A stretch of 60,898 nt of DNA, counting the filler, from Blastocystis sp. subtype 4 (taxonomy: Eukaryota): NCBI RefSeq assembly GCF_000743755.1. It is 5 parts of 5 records of this genome, joined end to end, with 100 filler letters (N's around TTAATTAATTAA, not from the genome) between each part and the next. Parts side by side here need not be neighbours in the genome. Positions count along the whole stretch, not along the records: positions 47,526 to 60,898 come from NW_014569195.1; 4 more parts are not named here. One strand, written 5' to 3'. Both the position numbers and the translations under genes were made by a program. The notes beneath the pieces are model-generated. The model was given only the letters and a program-made list of their open reading frames with translations, ran no database searches and was not told the origin of the DNA. Shown piece after piece: positions 49,575-60,898 of this stretch (positions are counted from its first letter, which is position 1; every line of letters starts with the position of its first letter).

Positions 49575-51156
49575 ATGATGAATAACGAACTTCGAGACAA
49601 TCTAGTTTCAAAACAAACTCATGGAAAGCACTATCGGGATGTGCTCCAGTTGAGTATTGGCTTCTTCTTCATCTTCTTTGCTTTCAACTCTTCTCAGGTT
49701 TACTAATTTATGAGTGATTATCGGATAGACTATGCAGACCACTATTGAGCATAGTTCTGGCGATCGACCTAGTTATCTCGGATACATCAATCTTGGTTGT
49801 CTTTATGGCATGTTTGCCTTCTTCTCTGTGTTTGGACCAAAAATTGTTGCCAAACTGAATCCTTCGTTGTTAATGTGAAATAGAAGTGATTTCTAGTATA
49901 TCGATGGTTCTTGGATGTACTGCCTATGTGGTAGTTGTTGCGTCCAATTTTTGGCCATATCCAGCTGTTCAGATTCCATGCAATGCTATCAATGGCATTG
50001 GAGCGGCCATCCTATGGACAGCTCAAGGTGTCTATCTTGGCCGATGTGCTCTTTGGGATTCTCGTAATTCTGAGAAGAGTAGAATTCATTTATGCTCATT
50101 ACATCTAGGTTTTGCGGATACAGCCAATGAATATAATGGATTGTTCTTTTCTATTTTTCAGTTTACAAGTTGTGTTGGTACAACCATCTGTGGATTGATT
50201 CGTTTGTTTACAACGGGAGCTGACAATGTGATGGAACGAAAGTCTACTGATCCATAGATTGTGTTTGTAGTGTTGGTGGTCGCTTCTGTGATTGCCTTGA
50301 TTTGTTTAATCTTCCTTCCTAATGTGAAGCCATATGAATCTCAGTCAGCTAATAACAATGAATTGAATGTATGTATGCAGAGGGTTTCTTAGTCTAGTAT
50401 GTGTCGATGACTGAGACTCTCTCGTTACTAGTTCATTCGGTGAAGTTGGTAATGATGATTCCTCTCATCACGTTTAACGGTATGAGGTGAGTATATGATT
50501 ATGTCTTCATTCTAGTCTGGCCTTCATTGTTGGTGATATCCCTCGAGAAATCAGCAAACCATACTTCGGTAATGCATGGATTCTATTTATCACTGCTATC
50601 TTTTACGGATCCAATGCGCTTTGTCAGATTGCCACTCATCATTAACTGTAGTCTCCTATGCTTGTGGAAAGATGACAACAGGTCGCCTTGGACGTCGTGG
50701 GACATGTTTTGTTGCCTATGTTGCCCAAATGATCGCATTTCTCATTCTTATCTTCTATCGTTTTCACTCTCCACTTATTGTGTGGGACTGGATTGTAGTG
50801 ATTGTGATGATTCTTCTTTTAGCTCTTGGTGACTCGGTGTGGGAATCCCAGGTACTCTTGCTATGCCTGTATTATCGTAGCCACCAGCAATTCTTCAAAC
50901 GTTCTATGGTCTTGACCGTGAACGTAATGCCGCTATGGCCAATCTGAAGATGTGGCAAGCCTTAGGTAATTGTATCCAGTTTATTCTTGGTGTCTTTATC
51001 ACTTCAGACTCCAATATGATGATTAAGTCAATCATCTTGGCTTCTGTTCTTACTGTTGGTTATATTTGCCTTGTAATTCTTGATTTCAAAATATGTAAAC
51101 TTGACATGGTGAAGGGAGAGAGTAGACTCCTATTGGCTGGAATCGCAACTGACTAG
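49575..51156 (+). CDS. UNC-93-like MFS membrane protein
   Basis: FFFIFFAFNS.Q, GIGAAILWTAQGVY, GLFFSIFQ, ALGDSVW. Confidence 0.85.
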
Positions 51157-51326
51157 TCAAGGAATGTGGTAGTAGTTGTTTGTTTTCAGTTATTGTTTTA
51201 CAGTCAATTTTCAATGGATTGTAAAACGAGAGGATTTATTGGTCTCAAACAAGCCGTTACTGCAAGCCGGCCTTTCGGCTTTACTCCCCACCTTAGATTC
51301 AAAATACAATTCTAGGATTCGTTGGG

Positions 51327-51576
51327 ATGTCGGGATGTATTCAACATGATGCTTGAGATTTAATATATAGCAGGAAAGACTGTCTGTGCTGTTTGCAACA
51401 TTGCTCTTCTTTCTGCTCTATTGGCTTTTGGTGGCTATTATGCTTACTCAAAGTTCTACAAGGCTGAAAAACCTGAGGAACCTAAATCCGAGGAACCTCA
51501 ACAAGAGGAACCTCAACCTGTTGAAGACAAACCAGCAGAGGAGAAACCTGAAGAAGCTACTGCTCCCTCTTCTTAA
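51327..51576 (+). CDS. 71-aa signal-anchored microprotein with Glu/Pro-rich tail
   Basis: ATG, intron 51337-51370, MSGSGKTVCAVCNIALLSALLAFGGYYAYSKFYKAEKPEEP...PSS*; TGTTTGTT at 51598. Confidence 0.6.
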
Positions 51577-51667
51577 TTTAGTAACGCAACAAGAACATGT
51601 TTGTTAGGACCCACACTACCTATAGTAAGAGAAAGGATAGGATAAGAAACAGGTATACACAGCAAAG

Positions 51668-52201
<534 letters not shown>

Positions 52202-52840
52202 CTACTCAAAACAGTTACAAACTGTTCTCATAATTATTCATTCACTCAATTGATTCATGTCAAATGACAAATTCACTTACGATTTGAATGTCTATTTAGT
52301 AAGAACAATGAAATGCGAGAGACAAATGGATTATCCTACCCTCTGATGAGTTCTTCATATTCTCTTCCCAATTCCTCATTAGAGGGTATGTGAATATGAT
52401 TATGTATTGTTTATTACTCTCTCTCTACAATTCTACTCAAATTGTGGGGTCAACAAAAGAACAACTTCTGGAAGATACTGATAGATATACTAGTAACGAA
52501 ATAACAGGCTATTGATACTAATGCAATCATTATCATCCTATTTCAACAGTTTCAAAGCCATTTGATGGCAATGTATAGGCATTGGTTATAACTATTATGC
52601 ATGTTCTTTTAGCTGTGAGTGTACCCTTTAAGAGCCCTTTAGCATCAAAGTAGATCATGAAAAGATCTTGAGTAGTCGAACCAACAAATGAATGAATTTA
52701 TAATGCAAAGGGCAGGTAAAACTATTGGCATCATATATAAAAGCAAGAGATGATGGAATTTGCCACGCATCTTTTTACTTCTCTTATCCAATCAGATTCC
52801 AGAATTATCATGGAGATCATTTTAGACATTATTGTTTAAA

Positions 52841-55800
52841 ATGATCCTGGTCTACTTCTATTTCTTGCTTTTTGCTTCCAGTAACGTTTTTTCAGTTATA
52901 TATGATCCCTAGCACTTGCTATTGACTGTACTAGTGGGAAGATCGCAGTCACGTTTAATCGTATTTACTCATCCTGGCCTTACGAGGAGAAGATGTACTT
53001 GTATGAAGGCAGTACCGCTAGTGGTACTGCGGTGGTTGAAATTATTGGTGTTTCTGGTGATACCTCAAAGGTTGTAGAGGCTTGTCTGAACCCTACGATA
53101 CATACTCTGGTTATGACAGATACCTATGGTGATGGTTGGACTACTGGTTCATCAGTGACCATTTCTGTTGGTACACTGACAATTGGGACATACCGTCTTA
53201 GCACTGGAACTTCTACTACAGTTTCTGTCGTCTTTGAGAACTTGTTTCTCTATGGAGGAAATTGGAAGTACACCAATGAGGCCCAAAGCAGCACCGGATG
53301 GACAACGCAGACGGTGAGTTGGACTGAGGGTTCCTCATTCCCCGCTGTTACAACTACTACTCGTTATTTCCGAAGAACTCTGACCATTGGAAGCTTTGAT
53401 TCTGCATATTACATGATGATCAAAGTCAAGACTAACACTGGATTCCTTCTGTATATCAATGGACAAGAAGCTTGGAACTGGAACATGCCTGATACCGTTA
53501 CTTCAAGCACATATGCTAATAGTGCTACTACTGATGTAGTAGAACGTTCTTTCAGTACTCTTCTCAAGTTATGGGCCACTTCTACAACATGTGAGATTGG
53601 TATTGAAGTTCATGCTACTGCTGATACAGTTTCTGGAGATGAAACTTTTGACGCTCAAATCATTATTGCCTCTGGAGCGGACATAAGCTGTATCGATACC
53701 GATGGAACATTCACTGCCTCTCCTCTGACCACTGGAACTGAAGGAACAGCAAGTATCTTTGATGGTAGTACCTCGACGAAGTGGTGTTTCCCACACTCTT
53801 CCGGAAATGTGCTTACGACTTGGATTTTCAACAATGGTCGTCGTGAAACTGTGAATCGCTATTCCATCTCTTCTGCAAATGATACACCAGCACGTGATCC
53901 TGTTGCTTGGAATCTGTATGGATCATTCGATGGAGAAGACTTCTATCTTCTCGATTCCCAGAGTAATATCAATTGGAGTGCAAGATATGAAACAAAAACG
54001 TTCACGATTGGCAACATTATTGCCTTCAATCAATATCGTTTGGAGATTACCGAAAAAGCTGGTACTGATAGTAGCATGCAGTTCTCGGAGTGGAATCTTT
54101 TGGCTTCGAATCAACCCGTTGTTGCTGTTGGTCTCAGTTATCCTCAATCTACCTACGTCTTTAGTAAGAACATCGATACTGTCAACATCCGTCCCACTCT
54201 TGTTGGTTTCACCGGTTTCACTATTACCCCTGCTCTTCCAGAGGGTCTGACATTTAATGCCAATTCTGGACGAATTACTGGAGTACCCACAGCCTCTCAG
54301 GATGCTACTACATACTCTATTCAGGGAACTCATCTGTTTAATGGTCAATCCTACACCGCAACATTGACCATATCGGTTGTGGGATGTGATCTTCCTACTG
54401 GAGTATATGCCCAGTTCACGAAGACGAATGGTGCCCTGACTACGGAGAATTTCCAAGTATTCAATTCTAACAATGAACTGGTACTGAATGGAGTTGGAGG
54501 TGATGAATCGACAATTACAGCAACCACTTGTTTGACAGTAGGCACATATACAGTGAAGATGTTGCATTCGTCTGGATCCACATGGTCTTCATCATCATTC
54601 CTTACGATCGAATACATTATCAATGGAGTTGCATTCACCGTTTCCAGATCGCGTCTATCAATCAATTCGGAGAACTCATTCTCTCTCGTTGCTGACTTCG
54701 TTCTTCCTTTTGCTGACACTAACACTGGAATCAAGTATCTCGCTGATAACTCAGTCCCTGCGAACTGGTATTCAACTTCGTTCGATGCCTCTTCCTGGAC
54801 CACTCTGCAGAACAGTAATCGTCCCTCAGTAGGAAAGTTGCAACTTTATCGTACAACCTTCAATGTGGCTTCTGTTACTGGATTTGACGGATTTGAGCTG
54901 AATGTAAAGGCTCAGGCTGGTATTGTTGTCTATCTCAACGGAAACGAGATCTACAGACGCTATATTGCTGCTGGAGATATTTCGACTTCCTCTGAAGCCA
55001 CTGGAGGAATGGATGCTGCTTATTGGAGATCAGTCACTGGACGAATGAGTCAGCTGACACAGGGAACGAACACGCTTGCTGTTGCCATTGTTCGCGTCTC
55101 ATCAGTTGCTGCTGCTTCCGATTTCGATGTTGCCCTCCGACTGTTGAAGGATTCCAATGTTAATCCTCGTTATTGGGGTACCACAGCCACTTCCAATACA
55201 GGAAGTGCCTCAGAAATCATTGATCAGAACCCAACTACCAAATCTAGAATTTCTAAGAATTCATTGAGTGCATTCACTGTGGCTTTCGAGAATACACGCG
55301 CTGAGTTCTTCAACCGATACTGTTTTATCACAAGCCCTGATAGCTCCTCTGAGGATCCTCGGGACTGGACCATTAGTGGAAGTAACGACAATACCAACTG
55401 GGATGTATTGAAGACTGAAACGAATGTCTACTTTGAGATGCGTGCCACTGAGTATTGCTTCTTCATGCCCAATGCTGCAAAGGCTTACACTTACTTCAAA
55501 TTGGCTATTACTGAAACTTGTGATACCACTGCAATGTATATTGGTCTCGCTGATCTGACGTTCTATCTCGAAGATCTGGATCATGCTACTGTTCCTGAGC
55601 TGACATTTAGTCCAAGTGTCCTTGTTGGATATACTGGTGCAGACTTCCCTGAAGTGACAGCTAGTTCTCCTTACTATACTTCCTTCACGATTTCTCCTGC
55701 TCTTCCCACTGGTCTGGTGATGAGTTCCAATACAGGTAGTATCAAGGGAGTATTGGAGCAGCCTTATGCTACGACGATTCACACGATCTCGGCTATCAAT

Positions 55801-57675
55801 CATTTAGGTGAAACGAAATCCACTACTGTGAGTGTAACTGTTGAGATTTGCGCAGGTGATATGGTGTCGTTCTCTCTTGTATTTACGTTGGAGTCTGGAG
55901 CCAGTCTCTGTTCATTCGATTTGAAGGATCTCACAAGTGGAGATATTGTGGAGAGTAGACCCTATCTCATTGATTATCAGACATTCACTATTCCTATGTG
56001 TCGTACTGCCGGAAAGTATGCTTTGATTCTCAAGAAGAGTGATACATCTGGTTGGGGTTCGAACCGTGTGACTGTCCGTCTTGCCGATGGAGCTGAACTG
56101 CTGACAGAGTCTCTCGCTGCTGGAGTAACGTCGAAGGAATACAACTTCAATGTCCGCTATGAGATCGCTCCTCTCTTCTCCACTTGGAACTATTTGGTTG
56201 ATGGAAGTGTCGCTCCTGAAGGATGGAATACTGTTTCTGGTGCTCCTGGCTCCTGGGAATCTGCTATGCCTGGTTCATTCCCTGTTGCTACAGGAGTCAC
56301 GCAGTATTACTATAAGAAGTTCACTACCACCTCCATGAGTGAATATTCAGTCCTGGAAATCTCTGTGACTACCCGTGCTGGGATGATTGTGTATTTGAAC
56401 GGAGAAAAGATCCATTCCATGAACATGCGTACCTATGATATTGACAGCACTGTTCCTGCTACAACTGAGTTGACTGTACCTGTCAATTATGTGATTGGTA
56501 TATATGTGCTTAGTGAACAGCTTGTTGAAGGCGAGAATATCCTTGCTATTGAAATGCACAGATATCAGAACAATGAAGCTGTCAATTCGTTTGATGCTTC
56601 TGCCATTCTTGTGCTGGATAACATGTACATGGTTAAGGATGGAATTGGTACTACCAGTCCTGCTACTACTGGAGGTGAAGGAAGTGACAAGGCCTTTGAT
56701 AACAATAGCAGCACAAAGTTCCTGGCTAGTCAGTGTGTGGGTGTAACCTTGACCTGGGCCTACAACAATGATCGTCGTGAGCCTATTACTAACTACGGTT
56801 TAGTAAGTGCTAATGACTGTAACACACGTCATCCATCTGGTTGGACTCTTCATGGCTCTAATGATGGAACGAACTGGATCTTATTGCATACAGCCACGAA
56901 TGTCGTTTTTACTGAGTACTATCAGCAGAAGCGATTTGATTTCTACAATCAGTATGCTTATAATCAATATAAGGTCACAACTACTGAGTGTCAGAATGAA
57001 GCCTTAGAGGTTTCTTCTTCTTGTGGCTCTGGTATGATCCAACTTGCTGACTACTATCTCTTCGCCAAGAGAGTCGTTCCTGATTGTAATCGTCTTGATG
57101 ATTTCCCTCCTGCTATGATTGGTGATTATTCTTACGCTTCTTGCCCTGAGCAGTATTCTGGAGTGCGTTTCCGGATCTGCACAGCTGATGGATTCCTGGA
57201 AGAAACAAACCAGTGTGTCCCTGAGTCTCCTAAGGGTATCCAGTACACTGAGAGCAATCTTGTTCTCACTCAAGGAGTTCAGATGACTCCTCTTACTCCT
57301 ACTATCATTGGTAAGGAAGTTACTGTCACTATCTTCCCAATCCTGCCTTCTGGACTACAGATTGACCAAACAACTGGAACCATTTCTGGAACTCCTAATG
57401 AAGTACAGGAGCAGAGAAAGTATACGATTTCAGTGAAGAATAAGGGTGGCAGTACTTCAACAACCATGACCATCACCGTCGAGGAGAAACCGACAAATTG
57501 GATGCTAATCATTGTGTTGGTGGTTGTTGCCATTGTTGTTATTGTTGTCGGTATTGTCGGTATTGTTGCTCTCAGTAAGAAGAAGAAGCCCACGAAGAAA
57601 ATGCCTTCGACCAAGTCTTCTAAGACTACGAAAACGGCCACAGCTGTAAAGACAAAAGGAAATATTAAGGTTTAA
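52841..57675 (+). CDS. ~1600-aa type I membrane protein: three repeats of [beta-sandwich, galactose-binding-like, F5/8C-like, He_PIG], HRM-like Cys module, TM
   Basis: Signal peptide; repeated YFRRT..G..YING.E, SAND..RDP..W.L.GS.DG..W and PALP.GL..TG.I.G.P; TM followed by Lys-rich tail. Confidence 0.85.
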
Positions 57676-57725
57676 GCCTGTATGATTATCATCGTTGTTT
57701 GTTTGATTCATATGATTCTTGCAAT

Positions 57726-58542
57726 ATGGAAGTTGCTAGTGTAGCACTCTCCAGACCAGTATTGGTCAATGCTCCACTCATTGAAAGCTCTACAAAAAGT
57801 AATAAGGAGGTAGTTGTCAAGAATCGAGAATTGTGTAATGAGCTTTTGCAAAATATCCTTCCGCTTGTTCCTCCAATTGTTCGTAAAGAAAAATCAATTG
57901 ATTATCTCAAAGGTATCCATCCCACTTGTTTCAACACTAGATTGGCCTCAGTACACAGAAATTGTTCGCTTTCATGTCGATATCCCGATTATCAAAACAA
58001 AATTGGAGAAGGGATTGTATTATTGTGTTCAGGATGTTGTTGATGACATTGAATTATTATGGTCCAATTGTATAAACTATTTTGCAACAAATAACAGTGA
58101 ATATCGTAGGACTCAGGAATCATCCTTATATAGAATCATATTTGAAGCAGCAAGATGAAACAAGGCACTATATAGAAGAGATGGCAAAATCTATCTCGGT
58201 ATTTCAACCTATTGGTATATCAACATGGAGAGAGTTATCCTTAGAAAAGGATCATTGTATATTTTGTGGTGCAACAGAATACAAAAAGTATCCATTAGTG
58301 GAATGTCAGGGAAAGTGTGGAAGGAAGTCTCATCTTGTTTGGACGTGATAAGGTACTAATGATTAGCACTGTGGACAAATTACCGACAATACATGGACCT
58401 GTGCTTGGTGTTCACGGAAAGGGAAGTAAGAGATGACAAGGATATCAAGAATAGAGTCTTTCCAAATGGGCGTGTTATTCTGAATCTTCTCTCAACGTAT
58501 TGTGAATGGAAGAAGAAGCAAGGGTTCCTTATTTGTCAATAA
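57726..58542 (+). CDS. Bromodomain plus PHD finger protein
   Basis: PQYTEIV...D...IKTKL...Y....DDIELLWSNC..Y; CIFC...C..C...H..C...WTCAWC. Confidence 0.75.
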
Positions 58543-58562
58543 ACACAAAAATCGCAATTATA

Positions 58563-59298
58563 CTAGGCACTGTCTAAAACAGAAAAATGCAAAGTAGGTA
58601 ACTCCAGATCGAGGAACGATGACAAGACTGAGACATCTTCGCAAAAGCTTTCATTACGACTACTTGCAGGCGTTATCTCACGACACAGTTCTTGAATGCA
58701 CATGGAATTCTCCTCAAGCTGCGACTGAAATGAGGGAATTCCAGAGGGTTTGCTATCATATTCAACAACAGAGGGGAAATAGGCAGTACCACTTGTATGT
58801 ATGGTGGGAAAAGGGGATAAGGAGGTTGGCTTGTAAGGCAACTTGGAGGTCCGCTCCATGTTTGAAGTACTTTGATAACAAATATCACCAATAGTTGGAC
58901 ACAATGAGGCTATCATCACATACAAACAACAATCCTACTTCGTTTTGAAGATTCCAGGCTTGCTCTATTTGGGGAATCAAAATTTGTCAATGAAACAGCA
59001 GGATTTGGGTACCGCTGACTAACATTTGACAATCGCCGCCCTCCCTCTATAGAATCACGTTTAGCATGGTCTAGATAGTCAGGTCCTGCCTGTAAACCTA
59101 ATTTCTGATGGCAAAAGATATACCCGTACCGGAAACAACACGATGCCCAACAGACACACTACTCATCCTGTTACCACCTATAACTACTTCTTCTTCAGAG
59201 AGGTCATCACAGAAATCACTCACTACCCCTTTCTCACTGGGGTAATAGACGCTTGACAGATCACTTTGGATACTCAACAGGTTTGTATCCTCAGTCAT
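58563..59298 (-). CDS. Hypothetical Ser-rich protein
   Basis: Exon ORFs with short introns; no recognisable domain. Confidence 0.4.
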
Positions 59299-59416
59299 AT
59301 TCAAGTGAACAGAGAATGCCTAGAACTTTGTTCACTAAAAAAAAGAAAGAATGATCTCCATTTGTAAAAGAGTGTTATTAGTAAACATGCATTTATCATA
59401 ATAGAAGAGTTTCGTT

Positions 59417-60455
59417 TTACTTGAAGTTGGTAGCAGTGAACTGCAGACCCTTAGCAATCTGCTTCTGAAGAGCAGGAATAGCCTCATCAATATTGGCCTG
59501 CTCAGTAGCAGTAATGTTCTTAGGAATAGGAAGAGCTCTCTCAACTCCCTGGCGACCAAGCTCCACCTGACTAGCGAAGAACTTGCATCCAAGTACATCC
59601 TGCTCAATGTAAGCAGGCTCGATGATTCCAGTCTCACCATTGAGACCCTTGAGGACAGATCCAGCGAAGGTAGCTCCAGCATAAGCCATGGATAGAGTAG
59701 CAGATCCAGCTCCCTCCTTGGCAGCAACGACCTCATCTCCACCGAACTGAATTCTCTTCGTGATGGCAGGAACGTCCAACTTCGAGATCTTATTATCAGG
59801 AAGCTGGCTCAGCAGAGGAATGATGGTTGTTCCAGCATGTCCACCGATCACAGGAATGTTGCAATCGCAAGGGCACATACCAAGAGCCTCGCTAATGAAT
59901 TTGCGAGCACGTACCGAATCCAGTTCAGTAACTCCCATAATCTTACGAGGATCATGAACTCCCATCTTCTTGAAAGTCTCAGAGAAAATAGGAACTGTAG
60001 AGTTCACAGGGTTGCAAATCACCAGAATACAAGCCTTAGGGCAGGCAGTGGCGCAAGCCTTGGCGAGATTCATAGCAATTCCAGCATTAGTGTTGAACAA
60101 ATCATCACGAGTCATACCAGGCTTTCTGGGGACTCCAGCAGGGATGATCACAACATCAGAACCGTCCAGAACCTTCAGAAGATTGTCCTGACCATTGTAT
60201 CCCTCCACCTTGCAAGATCTATCAATATGGGACAGATCCACAGCCACACCAGGAGTACGAACAATATCGTACAGAGAGAGGCGAGAAACCAGGGGATTCA
60301 TGGCCATCAGAAGAGACACGGGTTGGCCGATACCACCAGCGGCACCCAGAACAGAAACCTTAGCACCCTACATAATCACTCTACGACCATAATCTTGCAT
60401 TAGTAAAAGCGCGAGTGAATGCCTTAGCAGCAGGAGCAGCACGGGAAGCGAACAT
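59417..60455 (-). CDS. MDH2: Mitochondrial-type malate dehydrogenase with presequence
   Basis: VLGAAGGIGQP, PAGVPRKPGMTRDDLFN.NA, GGHAG.TIIP, GAGSATLSMA; GC-AG intron 60368-60398. Confidence 0.96.
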
Positions 60456-60780
60456 CTTCAAATTCAAGAAAAAATGTGCATTACCAGCTTAATGGGGAAA
60501 CGTGGTAATAATGGGAATTCTCCCGTGAAACTGCTTCCACTTCTTCTATCAATCATTGTGATTGAAACACTCTCAAACGGGCATATACAGTTGTTTTACT
60601 AAAAGGGAATAGAGCATAGGTGTGATGAATGTGTCTAATTGTGGTTCTTGATCCTCATATAACAACACACAAAGAATGAATACCAAATTGCAACAAGAAA
60701 ACAACCAACCTTCATACAGAATTGAAATTAGAACAAACACCGTAACATTGATCTGTGCCACTTAAACCACCATTGCTAGT

Positions 60781-60898
60781 TTATCCACGGAAAGTGCATG
60801 GTTTCTTAGCCAGGAACGTTGACTTGAACTTCTTTGACTCAGCACGATACTGACGATGAGGAAGAGCGAACTTCAGATTCTCGTGAGTGTACATCACA
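60781..60898 (-). CDS. RPL18A: 60S ribosomal protein L18a (eL20), C-terminal fragment
   Basis: LKFALPHR....KKFKSTF.AKKP.TF. Confidence 0.8.
   Translation of the reverse strand, partial: VMYTHENLKFALPHRQYRAESKKFKSTFLAKKPCTFRG

Noticed and set aside
52343..52350. Hammerhead ribozyme core CTGATGAG
   Set aside because: No GAAA after a stem II and no three-way junction
57913..57940. GTATCCAT donor as a third U12 intron
   Set aside because: Mismatch in the donor core and no convincing CCTTAAC-like branch site
60620..60651. C-box-like GTGATGA downstream of RPL18A
   Set aside because: No proper CTGA D box or terminal stem

Overview
This is eukaryotic nuclear DNA from a very compact, AT-rich protist genome, almost certainly Blastocystis (stramenopile). 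The evidence is about 45 densely packed genes, many ~25-35 nt spliceosomal introns, a TGTTTGTT-type motif just after gene 3' ends, and genes for an anaerobic mitochondrion-related organelle (MRO). Five contigs are joined by artificial N44-TTAATTAATTAA-N44 linkers, so synteny across the linkers is unproven. Most genes are housekeeping (ribosomal proteins, splicing factors, transporters, PMCA, atlastin, Get3, Arf1). The highlights are: five genes whose stop codon appears to be completed by polyadenylation, including a convergent pair sharing a near-palindromic 16-bp signal; a clear 39-nt AT-AC (U12) intron; an unannotated Mic19/CHCHD3-like MICOS subunit; an ADP-forming acetyl-CoA synthetase with an MRO-type presequence; two giant mosaic surface proteins (He_PIG, PA14, F5/8C-like and HRM-like domains); a Cys/His-rich insertion in the PMCA; an AIMP1/Arc1p-like protein with ArgRS-type leucine-zipper repeats; and an identical inverted Arf1 duplicate. 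All gene models were spliced by eye and all family assignments come from motif recognition, not database searches.
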